From assembly GCA_030141605.1 (NCBI GenBank), contig JAQGDQ010000003.1, forward strand, positions 2,232,001-2,296,000: DNA of 64,000 bases, in the 5' to 3' direction. A model generated the notes under the pieces. It searched no databases, was not told the origin of the DNA, and was given only the letters and a program-made list of their open reading frames with translations. The DNA is from Tubiluchus corallicola (Eukaryota; Animalia; Priapulida). This document shows positions 37,104 through 50,049 of the stretch, in pieces; the stretch's first letter is position 1, and the number at the start of each line of letters is the position of its first letter. Both the position numbers and the translations under genes were made by a program.

Positions 37104-40100
37104 GTGAGAACCAAATCATTTACAATTGGTGTTGAAGCGGAATGTTACGGTACCACTGTATCACTACGACTAAGTAGTAACAGTTGCAGAATAGAAGAGA
37201 AATAATTATGCTGAACTAATATAAGTAAACTCTTTGAAAAGACACTGCTTGGGAGACGGAAAAAGTGATTACGAATAAAATTAGTAATTTACAATTTTGG
37301 AAGAAAATCATTGCATATGATTTGATATTTGCGTGCTTGCATAGCAAAATCGTCCATAACTCGGCAATTAACGTTTTCTAGATATTCACATACCCTAAAT
37401 TTCCTTTTTATGAGGATCATTCTGATACCAAGTTCTTGGCTCTATGTTATTTCTTACCCGAGATAATCCACGTTGAAGTTGAGGTGCTTACTATGCAGTG
37501 AATAACATAATCTTGAGGAAATCACTCTAAGTCAGCCATTGTTTTGTTTCGCATCTCTACAAAACACTTAGCAACCGTACGAAAATGTGATTGCTATGGA
37601 CTTTGCCAAGAGTAAAACCAGTATCTGGCTCTTCCTTACGAAGATTCTGTCTTGTCAACAGAAAAAACCCAAAGCAAAATGACTGCTTCCACGAGCTACT
37701 ATCAGAGTTTGAAAATACAAGTTTTTTAGAATTGTAGTACTAGTTTCTATTCTGAAAAGTCGGTACGGGGTTATAAAATTAAATTTTTAGTATTTTTGGA
37801 CATTTTCTCGATAATTTGATGCTAGACTGTAAAAGTCCAATATATTTAGCATTCGTTTTTGTAAAAAACCAAAAATTAAGATTAGACAAAAAATTTGGTG
37901 CATTTTGTAATTAATCTGTAATTAAGTTTAAAAGATGGTCAAACAATTGGCAGTTACAGTTTGCTGATAACAAGTGCTGTGTATTCAGCACTAAGGGATT
38001 TAATTGACTCCAAACATTCGTTTAAAGAACATATAGTTAATATTGTCAAAAAGATTTATTTTGTGATTGATGTTCCATTTAAGAGGTTTGTTCTTCGTGA
38101 TGTTGGTACTTTAAGTCATATTGTGTTGATGTTTGCCCAATTCTTGAAAACTGTTCCACCACTTGGAACCCTTTCATAAATGTCAAATGCACTCAGGGAT
38201 ATATAGGTACAACTGATAGACTAAAAAAGTACAGCGAGTATTATCTCACCGCTTGCTCGATCAGCCATCTAGGACAGGGTACCCGTACAGATGTAGGCCT
38301 GAAATTTTATAGCTTGAATCTTTAGATCTTAGACTTTTGAAAGCCGATTTGACTATGCTTTATAAAACTGTACAAACTTCATTGATGTTAACTCATTTAA
38401 TAATTGTTTCACTAGATCCAGTTAATTACTGCAAGAAATAAACGTATATCGTTTGAACATTCTGAGTTGCTTCAGTTTTGCTGAATATGGCTTATTAGTG
38501 CAATTTAATGGTGAGCAGCCTGGGGAGCCTGCACAGGTCATGCTGCTGGTTTTTGCTACTCGTTGGCTGTCACAGTATAATTAATGATCATTGACCCCTT
38601 GCTAACCTTTCTGTTATATTAAAATTTATGCATCTTAGAATGCACTATGGGGAAATATTTGAATGAATGGCTTCGTAAGTTTGGTGCCAAAGCGTGCGTT
38701 TCTCCATCTGACTTTCATATTTTTATTGTATGGCCGCAAGTAAATTTGCAGAATTTTATATTAAATTTACAATCCTTTTCAGTAGTAATAAACAAATAGA
38801 AATTATGATATTGGTTTAATAAGCAATATCTGCAAATGAATGTGTACTGACTACAATATTTAAAATTGAGCTACATGCACCTGTGTTTAACCATATAAAA
38901 ATTTACGTGTTATGTAATCCAAATGTTAGACTTGAACACAATATCAAAAGAATAACCAAATAATTTAGATAACCATCTAACAACAGTAATTAATTAAGGT
39001 TTCTTGACTGCGAAGTTCAAGTCAGGTTCTACAGGTGAAAGTAATTATCAGCACTAAGCCATTTTAAATTGTATGAGATGGCACATAATACTCCCACCCA
39101 TGCGTATGCATAAGAATTATATACGTACAACTTGTGAACAGAATTGCTTTGTTTGGTAAACCCATGTAAACATTTAGCTAATTTAACAAGTGTGACAGCC
39201 CTACCTAGTATTGAGTTTACATTCCAACAATGTGTTAATTTGTATAGGTTACACATTTCCTGTTTTTAGAGCGCGAAGTATTACAGTGATGATGATTGGT
39301 TTGGACAATGCTGGAAAGTCAGTTGTCCTTAAAAGATTTGCTGGAGGTAAAACAATATCTATATTATTTCGCTGCTTTAATGGATAGCACTAATGTTTGT
39401 AGGGGTCTGTGCATTACAGAATTAGCGCAATCCATCATACTTTTGAAATGCATTACATTAATGTAAGTAGCCCATGCCCCATAATGCAGGACTTGAGATT
39501 TTAAATTTTCTACCTGTATAGTTAAAAACATTGTTTGTTATTTTCCAAATTAATATGTAAGATTGTGCGCAATTTTTAGGAGTATAGATGATTTTAATTT
39601 TCAGCTTACAGTATTTCAAACATTTTATAGATATTCCTCTAATTCTCCTATGTGCTCATAATATTATCTGGTCGGGAACCTGAATGTATATAATAATAGA
39701 ATTAACATATTTTGAAAGCGAACTGATGGCATGTTTTAAAAAAAACACTTTTTGTTTGACTATTCACTCTGCTTTTGTTTTTCTAATTAAATCTTAATCT
39801 TTCCATACTTACAGTATCCACTAAAGAATACCAATTTTGAAATGCACCTATTGCTTTAGTTTACTTTCTGATAAAGTCTGCCAGATAATTTGCCAGATAA
39901 AGTCTGTTTCTTGCTGAGGTACTACCAGTTGTCCAATTTTGCAAACAAATTTCATATTTACAATGGAGAATTAAAGCCCTGGATAGTGCTCATGTGAATT
40001 CCAAATCGGGAAATTTTTTAAATTATCTGATCAAATGGTAATATTACAACTAATTAGAAAATTTGATATCTGTAGTTCTGCCTATGTTTAAATTTATTTG

Positions 40101-43100
40101 TGACATGTGTTCTAGTGACAAGTACACATGTCGTTTGCTAATTAATTTGTATGCAAAGCCTCTTCTCTCACAGCCATGGCTATAAAATGGTTCTGTTTTA
40201 CATTTGCAAGCTGTACCAATGCTAATGCATGCTTGAGAAGTCAATAAAAAGTCACCAAATTACAATTCATTTCTTTGATGTCATTGTTCAGTATTTATAG
40301 CTGCTAAAACAAGAGTATGTTTGTACTTCAAAATATCAATAGTCTGCAATATTTGAACCAAGTTTTGTTTTTTTAGAAAATATAGCTGATGTAGTACCAA
40401 CTGTTGGCTTTGCTACTACAACAATTAAGGTAGGAAAGGAAGTGATCACTGTTTATGATGTTGGAGGTGGGAAGAAGATACGCGGTATATGGGTTAAATA
40501 TTTTGCTGATGTACATGGTCTGTTCTATACTGTTGATGCCAGCGATACTGATAGAATGAAAGAAGCCAAAGAAGTGCTGGAGGAGGTGTTGCAAAATCCG
40601 AGAATATCAGGAAAACCACTAGTTTTGTGAGTCCAAAATGTTTGAAGATATTTTTCAGGTTTTATACTAGCTTGCTTGTTGTAAATTGTGAACTTAAAGG
40701 AAAACAGGGTGATTTTTATTTTAAGACAAGTAATAAATATAAAGTATTTCTGGAAATTTAAATAATGGGATAAAAATTTAATCAACAGCCCAAATGTTCC
40801 ACGAACAAATTGCACATGTTTGCGAAAGCGGAAATTAAAGCGCAATGCTATTTTACTTGTGATATTCAGTGTGATATACAAAAACTTAGCAAATTTTAAG
40901 TTTGAAATTCATATTTCAAGTTTACCACTGTGCTCATGCATAAGCTTTCGAATATGTGCATTACATCACAATTAAACACCTATGAACTGAGAGGTACAAC
41001 ACTTGTTTTTGTGCAATGCATTTCCGAGATGCAGGTATTAGTGCCCCTCTAGCTAGCAATTGGCGAAATCCATGTTTTAGCAGAGGACTAGCCACATGAA
41101 CACAAAGTTTCCATTCTGTGATAATAATTCTTTCATGTAAGTTATTCTTGGAAAAAATAGTATGTTCCTTTCAATATTTCTTAGGGTAGATTGTTTTGAA
41201 CTATAGTTTAAGATGGGTCTTTGTTTCTTTTAAACAATTTTATATGGTTCAGCTTAAGAAGCTGTTTGTACAAGTTCACTTTTCTCCTATTGTAATTGTT
41301 AATGACACAGATGTCATTGCATAGGCATGCATGTATACAGTAAGATTTTAATCTGGTAAGAATTATTACTACTGGCAGTGACCAAGCATATTAATGGAGC
41401 TGAGTGGAATTCCTTTCATTCCCTGGAATTATACTTTCTTTGTACATGCTTCTACTAGCTGCTGATGTAATCTCTGAGTATCTTAAAGTGGCCATGGATT
41501 CAATTTGGTCCTTTTAGTTTAAGCTAAACTCACTATCTTGACTCACTACTAGTTTTTGGTTCTGTATTTAGGAACTTGTAGAAAAAGCATGAAACATATG
41601 TGTCATATTATATAAGCCTATATTTCACAATGCTAGAAATAAATGCAAAATGATTCTGAAGAGTCCGCTGTTCAATTTCAACTCAGCTGCAGTTCAATAG
41701 CACATTGTATGTTTTGTTGTTTGTTGTCTACCCTGCTTAGTTTAATTGGCTTAGTGTGAAATGCACAATAATGAACAACTTCATCTATGCTACTTCGTAT
41801 TTGATTATGCATTTAATTTATTCAGCTCTGATGATTGATTATTAGTAATACAGAAGCATTACCTGGCATTACTTATAAAAACAAAGCTGTCAAAAAAGTC
41901 ATACTTCCATGTGCAAGGAATGATTGAGAACATGTGTAGCTTTACTGTCATTTCATCGCTAGGCATTGTTGTTAGGCTTGCCTAATTTGGGACAGGTAAT
42001 GTGCTCTGGTGGAAAAGTATTAGCTAAGAGCAAAGTATTTATTAGAAATATATTTTGAAACCACTGTACAAGTGTTTTGGTGTATTGCTTTTAGATTTGC
42101 CAACAAGCAAGATAAACCAGGTGCCTTGGATGATCTGGACATTAGAGATGAACTAGAATTGCAAGTTCTTGTAGAAAAATACAAATGTCCTTGTTTAGTG
42201 GTAAGTCTCTACAAAGTTAACATTATTCAGATTTTCCATTCTACATGTTTAATGTGTCTTTAAGTAGGATATGTCTTACTGGTGTTAAAATCACACGATT
42301 TTTCGTTATTACTTTTACTTTTTTTGCGCTACTGTAAAATAATGCTTTCATAGGAAATATGTTCAGCAGCAGCTAGTGAAGGCAAAAAAATGGATATTGG
42401 TATGAAGAAGGGCTTGGAATGGTTAATTAAGACAATTGTTGCCAATTACGATGTGTTAAATAAACGGGTCGAACATGAAAAAAGTATTCAACAAGAAGCA
42501 GAAAAGAAAGAGTTAGAAGAACGCCTTGCTCGTGTACGGAAGGCTCGTGAAGAAAGGTAGCGGATTACTTGTACATAATATTATAAGTCTGCCGTGAAGG
42601 CCACAGTAATTATAGTTCTTTAAACATTTTGTATGCCTTAATTAAATAAAAATTATTTGGTACCGGTACATAAAACATTAATTGAATATCTGCTGTCCAT
42701 TCATTGGTAAGTCATCTGTTTTTAGGGTGATTAATTGTTGATTAACTAGAATATTATATAGGCTTTTTTTGTAAATTCTTTATCATTTAAGAACTGTAGT
42801 TTTTACTGGATAGCTATTGAGTGGTAACATTAACTGCTTGTTTGTTGCTTCTTGTTACATCTTATTTCCTTTATATTTCGTAAACAATGATTTAGTTATA
42901 TTTGAAGAATTAATGATGCCAAATGAAATCATGAATTTTCAGGGAAAAGGGTGACGGAGATGAAAGTGACAATATCCGAGCACAGTCGGATGAAAATGAA
43001 GATATTAACCCTTTCAAACCAATTAATCAAATCATCACTGCAAACTCTGAAAAAGTATGTTTGCAATTACTATTTAGTTGAGCAAAAGCTTGCAAGGAAA

Positions 43101-46100
43101 GGCTTATTGTTTATGTGCTTTGTAAAGAAGTTAAACAATGCTGTCTTGTCTGTAAATGGATAAGTTGGAAAAATTGCTTATTAATCTGCTAAATAGCTGC
43201 CAGATAAACTGGTGGGTAACTACTCACTTGTTCATGTTAAAGATATCGAAAAATCGCTAACATATGTCTGCTGGTTTAATGTTTCATATGAGACAATTAT
43301 TCTAAATAATTAGCTAGGTTTCGGTTGTGTGATACCTGTCAACATTAGAAAGTCCTGCTTTAAGTATTAGATTAAGTGGGCTTGTCATTTGCTAAGATGC
43401 ATGTAGTATGAAGCATGAAAAAAAACCAGCTAGGAGTTTGTTGCAGAACAAAAACGAAACAGGGTGTCAATTCCGGCTCTGACAACTTAGACCGTCGCCG
43501 CAAATTTATTTGTTATTTAGTATTCTAATACCATTGTTCCTATTTAGAGTGCCTTAAAAGTCAGTATACATTTTGACTTCTAATTTTCTTTTCAAATTGT
43601 TTTCCAATTTTGCCAAGCTCTGACATGAATCAAAAGGGATATTTGGCATTCTTTTATTCAAATTTTAATTGGAGCCCCATTACTACAGCGACGACAGTAG
43701 CATCTAACACTACAGATGAGGTGTAAAATCTCTGCCCTGCAAGGTATCACTAGCTGAACTGCACAACAGCACAACAGCAAGTGAACCACATTGTATTATT
43801 ATATTTATCAATGAGGTAATTTCTTTCCTCATTGCTAATGCACTAAAAGCATTTCTCGGTAGATGTTACACTTTCCAATTTTATAATCTAGCAAAGCTTT
43901 ATGCAGAAGGACCAAGACTTGAAATAGCAATTAGAGAGTAAGAGCAAACGTTTAATTTAAAATGCTTGCTGATTTTGGAAATCCATGTGTTGATGTTGAG
44001 AATCATTAACAAGTGCTTTAAGGAAGGTGGAGAAAGTACCAAAGCTCACTAGTACAATAACTCTTTTCAGACTAAAAGAATTGCCAGAGGCTTTAGTTCA
44101 TCTGCACCTATTTTCAAGCATTTTGCTTTATTTGTTAAAAATGCAAAAATAACAATAAAGTATATACTGATTTTCTTAGACACCCTGATTTTCTCATAAC
44201 TGTGCCAAATAGTTCTATGACATAATAAAGACTGATATTTCGTAATGACATAATAAAGACTGATATTTCGTAAATTTAGCAATATACCAGATGCTAGAGT
44301 TGTTTAACTTAACTTAATAACGTGTGTTTTGTATTTTTTAGAGTAACCAAAGTATGTTTGACACTTTTCCAGTTAATTTTTTTGGTAGGCACAGAAATCA
44401 AAAGAGCAGAGGTTACCCGTACAAAAAGATGCTGAAATCAGTGAAAAACATATCAGAGATGAAGGAAGCCATGGGGAAGGTAGATACTAACTAATTTTGT
44501 GTTAGTGGATTAGATATTGACTTGCTTAGTGTATTTATTATCAGAAACTTACAATTACTGCTCTATTAATGCTCTGTTCCTGAAGCAATTATATTGTTTA
44601 CTGCCATATCTTGGTGTTAATTTTTTTGCAGTATAGTTTGTTTTACATTTGCTTTCCTGTTATAATGACGGGGACCATGTTATAGAGACTGCCAAAAATA
44701 CTGTAAAAAATCATGACATAATCCTGTGGACAACAGCAGTATATTACTATATCACTAGTAATTAAATAAGTAAAGTGTAATTAATGAAAGACATTGCCAA
44801 CTGCTACTTGAAATGGATTTTCGAATGTTAATAACAAGTTATAGCCTCTTGGTTAAAAAACAAACATGGAGACGAATACTGAATAAAGAGCCAATGTCAA
44901 GTCTTACTATATTGATGGAAATTGTCTGTTCAGATACACATTGATGAAATGATATGTACCCTATTTGCATCATTTAGAGAGATTTCAGCATGAAGTTCCT
45001 AGTAGAGTAGTAACAAAAAAGATTTATTAGCGATATCCATCGCCATAACAATCTACATCAATCATGCAGAACCAAACATACATGCAGATTGAGTGTTAGT
45101 AAGTCATGATCGACATCTTTATAATGAAATTCTTTTAACAAGAAGCAATCACCTTTATAAAAAAATTCCCATAATGTTACCTTTATAAAAATGTTGCTAA
45201 ACACCATTTATAAAAATTTTATTGTTAAACGATAACATTTCAAACTCACTAGTTCTCATTTTCAGATTTCTAACATTGTTCTTGAAAGGTCGTCGTTTAA
45301 CAATAAAATTTCTATAAATATAATATTGCAGAATTTTGTGTAAAAATCACATCTGTCATCAGAGGGCATGACTTGTTAAGTAAAATAGTAGATTTTGTAA
45401 TTTTAAACTGTTTCCATAACTATAACATCAATTGTAATGTTAATGTTGAACTGAATTCATACATTACAAAAATTACAAAACTTTTGTAATTTTTAATTGG
45501 TAGTTTATGTTTTTATTATTTTGTCTATCAGATTTGTTTGTTAACTTTCTGTGATCACTTATCTCTATGAAATGCTGTAGCTTTTCTACAATCACTCAAA
45601 TTTTAATAAACATAAGCCAAAGTGTTGAGTCTCAAATTCTCTAGGTTCTACGTCTCCGCATAATATACTCGTCAGTCCCAGCGATCATTCTGTGGATCAC
45701 ACAGGTGGTGATACGGTGGAAGAGAAAAGTATTGTAGAAGTGCATCAAAATTCTGAGGCACCTGCCGTCCATAGAAACAATAGTATGTGGATATTTCTTT
45801 TTAGCAACATTGCATTTAAACAGTTTTTAAACTTCTTTCTTCTTAGATGGATTTTGAGAATGTCGGAAATTAGAGCCCCAAATATTTTATCGCTTTATCG
45901 GAATTGCAAAAGAGGTGTGCTAACCATACATCTTGGGGAAACCAGAATTTCACAGGCTGAGAAATTTTATGCAGGCTATTTGAGCTGACCCACACCTTCA
46001 ACAAAAGACAGTAATTCTTTTAACGAAACACTCCCGAGTACTCCAGTTTGTTATTGGTTTTAGCATTTGAATGCCAATAAGTTAAGTACTCATGATTGCA

Positions 46101-47128
46101 AAAAATTCTGAAAACCAGTAATGGCATAGAGCTGCACATGCTATAGCAAATAATTCATGTCTATATGTTCTATTTCTTTTTATTAGCTGTAGTAGATTGT
46201 AGAGTTTATGATCATAACATAACTCTGCTGCAATTTTGCTTTTCTTTTGCCTACAACAAGCAGAGTTATCTATACTGAAATTAAATTGATTGTCATAAAA
46301 ATTTTTACTTGAGGTATAACAGTTGAACATTCCGACAGTGATACAGAAAATCCGGTGAAACGAAGAAAGCGCAAAAAGAAGCGTATGCGGAAAGGAAAAG
46401 CTAACCGAATTTCACCAGTTGGCGTGCCAGATAGCGATATCCTACTGCCAAAGAGACCACTTCCACCACTCGTTAATAAACCATCTCCGCCACAAGGTAT
46501 GAATCTACTAACATATGTTCTGTCCCTTCTTTGTATTTATTTTCATGCAGCAATTTACTCACCACCTTGGGTAAGGTGCTACATTTATAACTAAATTGAT
46601 TCAGTGCAAGAAGTTATGTTAAGATACAGTTGAGCGGCTCTCACGGAAATTGATCAAGCTAACGCTTGTGACATGGTTGAGAGATAAGCTGAAAACTTAT
46701 CCTCCTTCTTAGTGCATTTTACCAGGGCTTCATTAAAATCAGCTAAGCACAATTATGGAGTTGTAAATGAAAATGATATAAATACGGCTATGTCACTTGA
46801 ATGTTTCTCTGCTAATGTCCTTAATTTATAGATTTAGCTAATTGTGATTTTGGTGTATTTATTGCACAAATTAACCATGAATACATCTGTCAGAGAACAA
46901 GTTTATTTCATCATCTTTTCCACACTTTATAGAAACTAATGTTTTTTTTGCTTCAGCTTCTTACTTTGTGGAATTTTGTCTTTGAAAGCAGTTACTTATT
47001 AATGATCTTTGTACGATTACTAGAGTCTTCATAATTGTATTTTTACAGCATTTGTGGAGATGCCAGATGGTGACACCAGAGTACTCGTTTCAAAACCTAA
47101 CAGCGATGATATAGACATAATTACCTAA
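37057..47128 (+). CDS. ARL13B: ADP-ribosylation factor-like protein 13B, ciliary GTPase, about 425 aa
   Basis: Exons 37057-37103 (or alternative 38647-38693), 39270-39346, 40377-40626, 42095-42200, 42354-42556, 42943-43054, 44389-44479, 45645-45782, 46323-46496 and 47049-47128. Motifs: GLDNAGKS P-loop, PTVGF, ARL13-specific DVGGG (no catalytic Gln), NKQD, coiled coil ERLARVRKAREER, NPFKPI, basic patch followed by NRISP (RVxP-like ciliary targeting motif), C-terminal PNSDDIDIIT. Confidence 0.94.
37950..38470 (+). mobile_element. CR1 LINE 3' fragment (decayed)
   Basis: RDLIDSKHSFKEHIVNIVKK...LKKVQRVLS...LESLDLRLLKADLTMLYK, with frameshifts. Confidence 0.7.
38647..38693 (+). CDS. ARL13B: ARL13B candidate alternative first coding exon 1b (MGKYLNEWLRKFGAK-A)
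   Basis: ATG, 47 nt, donor GC|gtgcgt in phase 2, also in frame with exon 39270. Encodes an Arf-like amphipathic N-terminal helix (W-L-R-K-F). Preceded by an acceptor-like catcttag ending at 38638. Confidence 0.6.
44217..44272. repeat. Perfect 28-bp tandem duplication
   Basis: atgacataataaagactgatatttcgta x2. Confidence 0.9.
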
Positions 47129-47776
47129 ATGCTGTTTGCGTCCTCTCGAGGTGTGTCCAAAAATAAACAAATATTGTTATCCATTCCCATGAATATCGTG
47201 AAAGTGAACTGAAGACGCTGCTATTAAGGAATTCGAAGTGAATAATGATTACTTATGATTTCTTAAAGTACATGAAGGAATTGTGCAATGTGGGAGAGAA
47301 GTAATTCTTTACTGTTGAAGTGAGTGTGAAACAAATGACAGCTAATCTCAGTATGCCAAACATCTCAGAGGTTAAACTCAGTGTATAAAGTCTTTTTGAT
47401 GAAGGTTGTCTTCAGGCATTTAATCATGTCATTTTTATAAATTAAGCAGACTGCTGTACTTAAATTATTGGGATTAAGAAGTTGAATGCATTTTACTATG
47501 TTTGGTTGTCAAATTCATGTATATTTTCATTGGATACACTGTTTTATTAATTGAAAGCTTGTCTTACTTTTATCAGGACATTTCTTGAAAACTTTACATG
47601 CTTTTTCTCCTTTTTCTTTTTGTAGTCGTAATTTTAATACTGTCGTTTAGTTCTTAAGTTAGTTTTGTCATTTTGTATAATGATAGCAATGTACAAGCAT
47701 CTGTGTTTAGTTTGCCAATATGTTTTATTTAAGCCTTTTTTCATTTTACTGATCAACTCTAGTCTAAATCATTCAG

Positions 47777-47780
47777 TTAT

Positions 47781-47826
<46 letters not shown>

Positions 47827-47840
47827 ATATATATATATAT
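47777..47840. repeat. (TA)n microsatellite
   Basis: Interrupted TA run downstream of the ARL13B stop codon. Confidence 0.9.
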
Positions 47841-48584
47841 TGTGAAATGATAATATTTTGTAAATATTGTAGAAGTGTATGTTGTGAAAGTTGAGGTGTA
47901 AATGGGAAACCAAAAACAAACTTAAGACGTCTTGCGATTTTTGTACTAGCTATAGTTATTGGTCTACGTATTAACATGTGCTGACTTTCAAATTGTTTTT
48001 TTGTCATTGCTGACAGTTAACCAAGTCACCCTCATTTTTATCTCATATGTAACATAGAATCATTACTACATGTTCGTTTACTCTTTTGTAACACAGTTTT
48101 GTACTGGATAATAATAATAATTTTTACAAAGTAAGCCTATTTATTGTTATTTATTTTGGTGACTACTTTTTACTGTGCAAAAACTAATTAAAGGTATGGA
48201 AAGAGGTAACATCACCTGTCACAGGTTCACAGCAGACGCATAGCAAATATTGATTTCTTAATAGAAGAAGAAAACTAGCCTTTTGGTTTCAAAACTTATG
48301 CAACAGATGTACTCAATCAGGAATAAAATTTTTATTAATAAACAGCATAGGTGCTGTAGATACACAATGACCATACATTATTCATTACTTTCGTAAATGC
48401 ATATTAAGTTTCGTAAATTTAAAACTCACTTTGCAGGTAGGAATCAAATCCTGTCTGACTCACAAGCATTAATAATTATTAGTTATTAGCGATTTATGTG
48501 GCTTTGTATTGTGGCTCTATGCCGGCAGCTGAGAAATGCAGTACAGTCAGTGCTGCAGTGTTCATTGAGTAAATATTTTTTTGA

Positions 48585-48640
48585 ACAACAGGTGGCGCAC
48601 TTTTAGGAGCAATAAAGTTGTTAACATTGAAGATGGCGGA
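48585..48640 (+). promoter_or_regulatory. NHS-like gene promoter/5' region: CTCF-like and YY1-like motifs
   Basis: caacaggtggcgca at about 48586-48599 and aagatggcgg at about 48630-48639, roughly 100-150 bp upstream of the ATG. Confidence 0.4.
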
Positions 48641-48734
48641 TAAATTAAGTTTGTTTTATGAAGTGCCTTTGTGAATTGGAGTATATATCTTTTTCTTGCT
48701 TATCTCGCAATTATGCACGGATATAGTAGCAGTT

Positions 48735-49005
48735 ATGCCATTGTTTTGTCGCTGTATTGAGCCGACATTTTTGAGTCGGCATCCTCTGGGAAATAATATC
48801 AAGGATGAATTGCAAGCTATAAATAATAGCACGTTGTCTGGAGTCGTTAAGCAATTAGCTTCAGTAGCTAAACATGCCGATAGTATTTTCGGAGATTTAT
48901 TGGATGAAAGCTGCAAGTTATTGCAGAAAGTTGATGAACTTACCTACCGCATCACAACTTTAGAAGGAAAAATCAGTCATCTGAATGCTAAAAAAGTCCC
49001 TATAC
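48735..49005 (+). CDS. NHSL1: First coding exon (WAVE homology domain) of an NHS/NHSL1/GUK-holder family actin regulator; 3'-partial
   Basis: MPLFCRCIEPTFLSRHPLGNNIKDELQAINNSTLSGVVKQLASVAKHADSIFGDLLDESCKLLQKVDELTYRITTLEGKISHLNAKKVPI|gtgagt is a WHD. A whole WHD in one exon, ending L.AKK.P. at phase 1 before a >15 kb intron, favours the NHS family over WASF/WAVE. Confidence 0.8.
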
Positions 49006-50049
49006 GTGAGTAATGCACACTTCAATTAAAAAATAAGCCTTTCTTGTTCAAATGATTAAACGCCTTTTTCAAATCACTGTTCGTTTATTCAAACTTGAAA
49101 GATTAAATTTTAGAAGACTGAAAGTTTGTTTCACGGCTTTGCTGGAGAAATTCTGTACTTTAATGAAAATTTAAGTGACTTGTGCTACAAAAAGTAGCAT
49201 GTAGCAGGTGAAAAAATTCATAAAATATAGTCAAAGATGTTGAAAACCGTAAGAGGTAAAATGGCAAAACAAAATTGCCAAATTTAACCATTTCATTATT
49301 GTAGAGTGTAACAGCACTTGTAGACATCCATATAAAAATAGGCTTGGTATTCAAAAATAAATTTTCTGAGGAGTTCTGTTATTTATGGAATGCAGTGATT
49401 CATTATATCAAAAGACCTTAAAGTGTGGCTAATGTGCAACATAGGCATTTGTCAAACTTGTACTGATAAATACTGATAAAATATTGCATTGAAAGTCCAC
49501 AGTAGAATTATGCTAGCTTGAACGTGGACTTTAGTTCTGCTCATAGTCATATTAATGTTTGATGTTGATCTGTGCCTTCTGGAGGGCTAGTTTGTGTTCA
49601 TTTCCTCTTGTGCTGAAACAGCAAACAGTAATTCTGGATAACCTGGTTGGCCCCACCCCCTGAAGTTGAGTCAACACACAAGCTAATAGTCAACAACATG
49701 TGTCCCAGACCAGCCAGCATGCTCATAGTTAGTATGGTCTTCTGTTTGTGTAAACATTCTCATATCTCCTTCTAGATGAGCACTCACTACTGAAATATTT
49801 TGTGGTTTATTTTTCATCTTCCTGCTTGTTCCTTTGGCAATGTGAATAAAAAAGCAAATGCTATGAATTGGGAAGAATTTGAATGACACAAAATTAGTAG
49901 TAAATTACACTAGCCATATCAAAAATTAGATGACAAATTAGACATAAAAACTGAAAGGCCAGAGTCCCTTTCTGTGTTTTGCCAATTTGCAGTTTCTTCT
50001 ATAAATATTGTACGTTAAATGCATCTAACATTCTGCCATGCACATAGGG

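Noticed and set aside
48735-49005. WASF/WAVE (SCAR) assignment
   Set aside because: It shares the WHD, but the L.AKK.P ending and a single WHD exon followed by a very long intron fit the NHS family better. Downstream exons are outside the window, so WAVE is not fully excluded.
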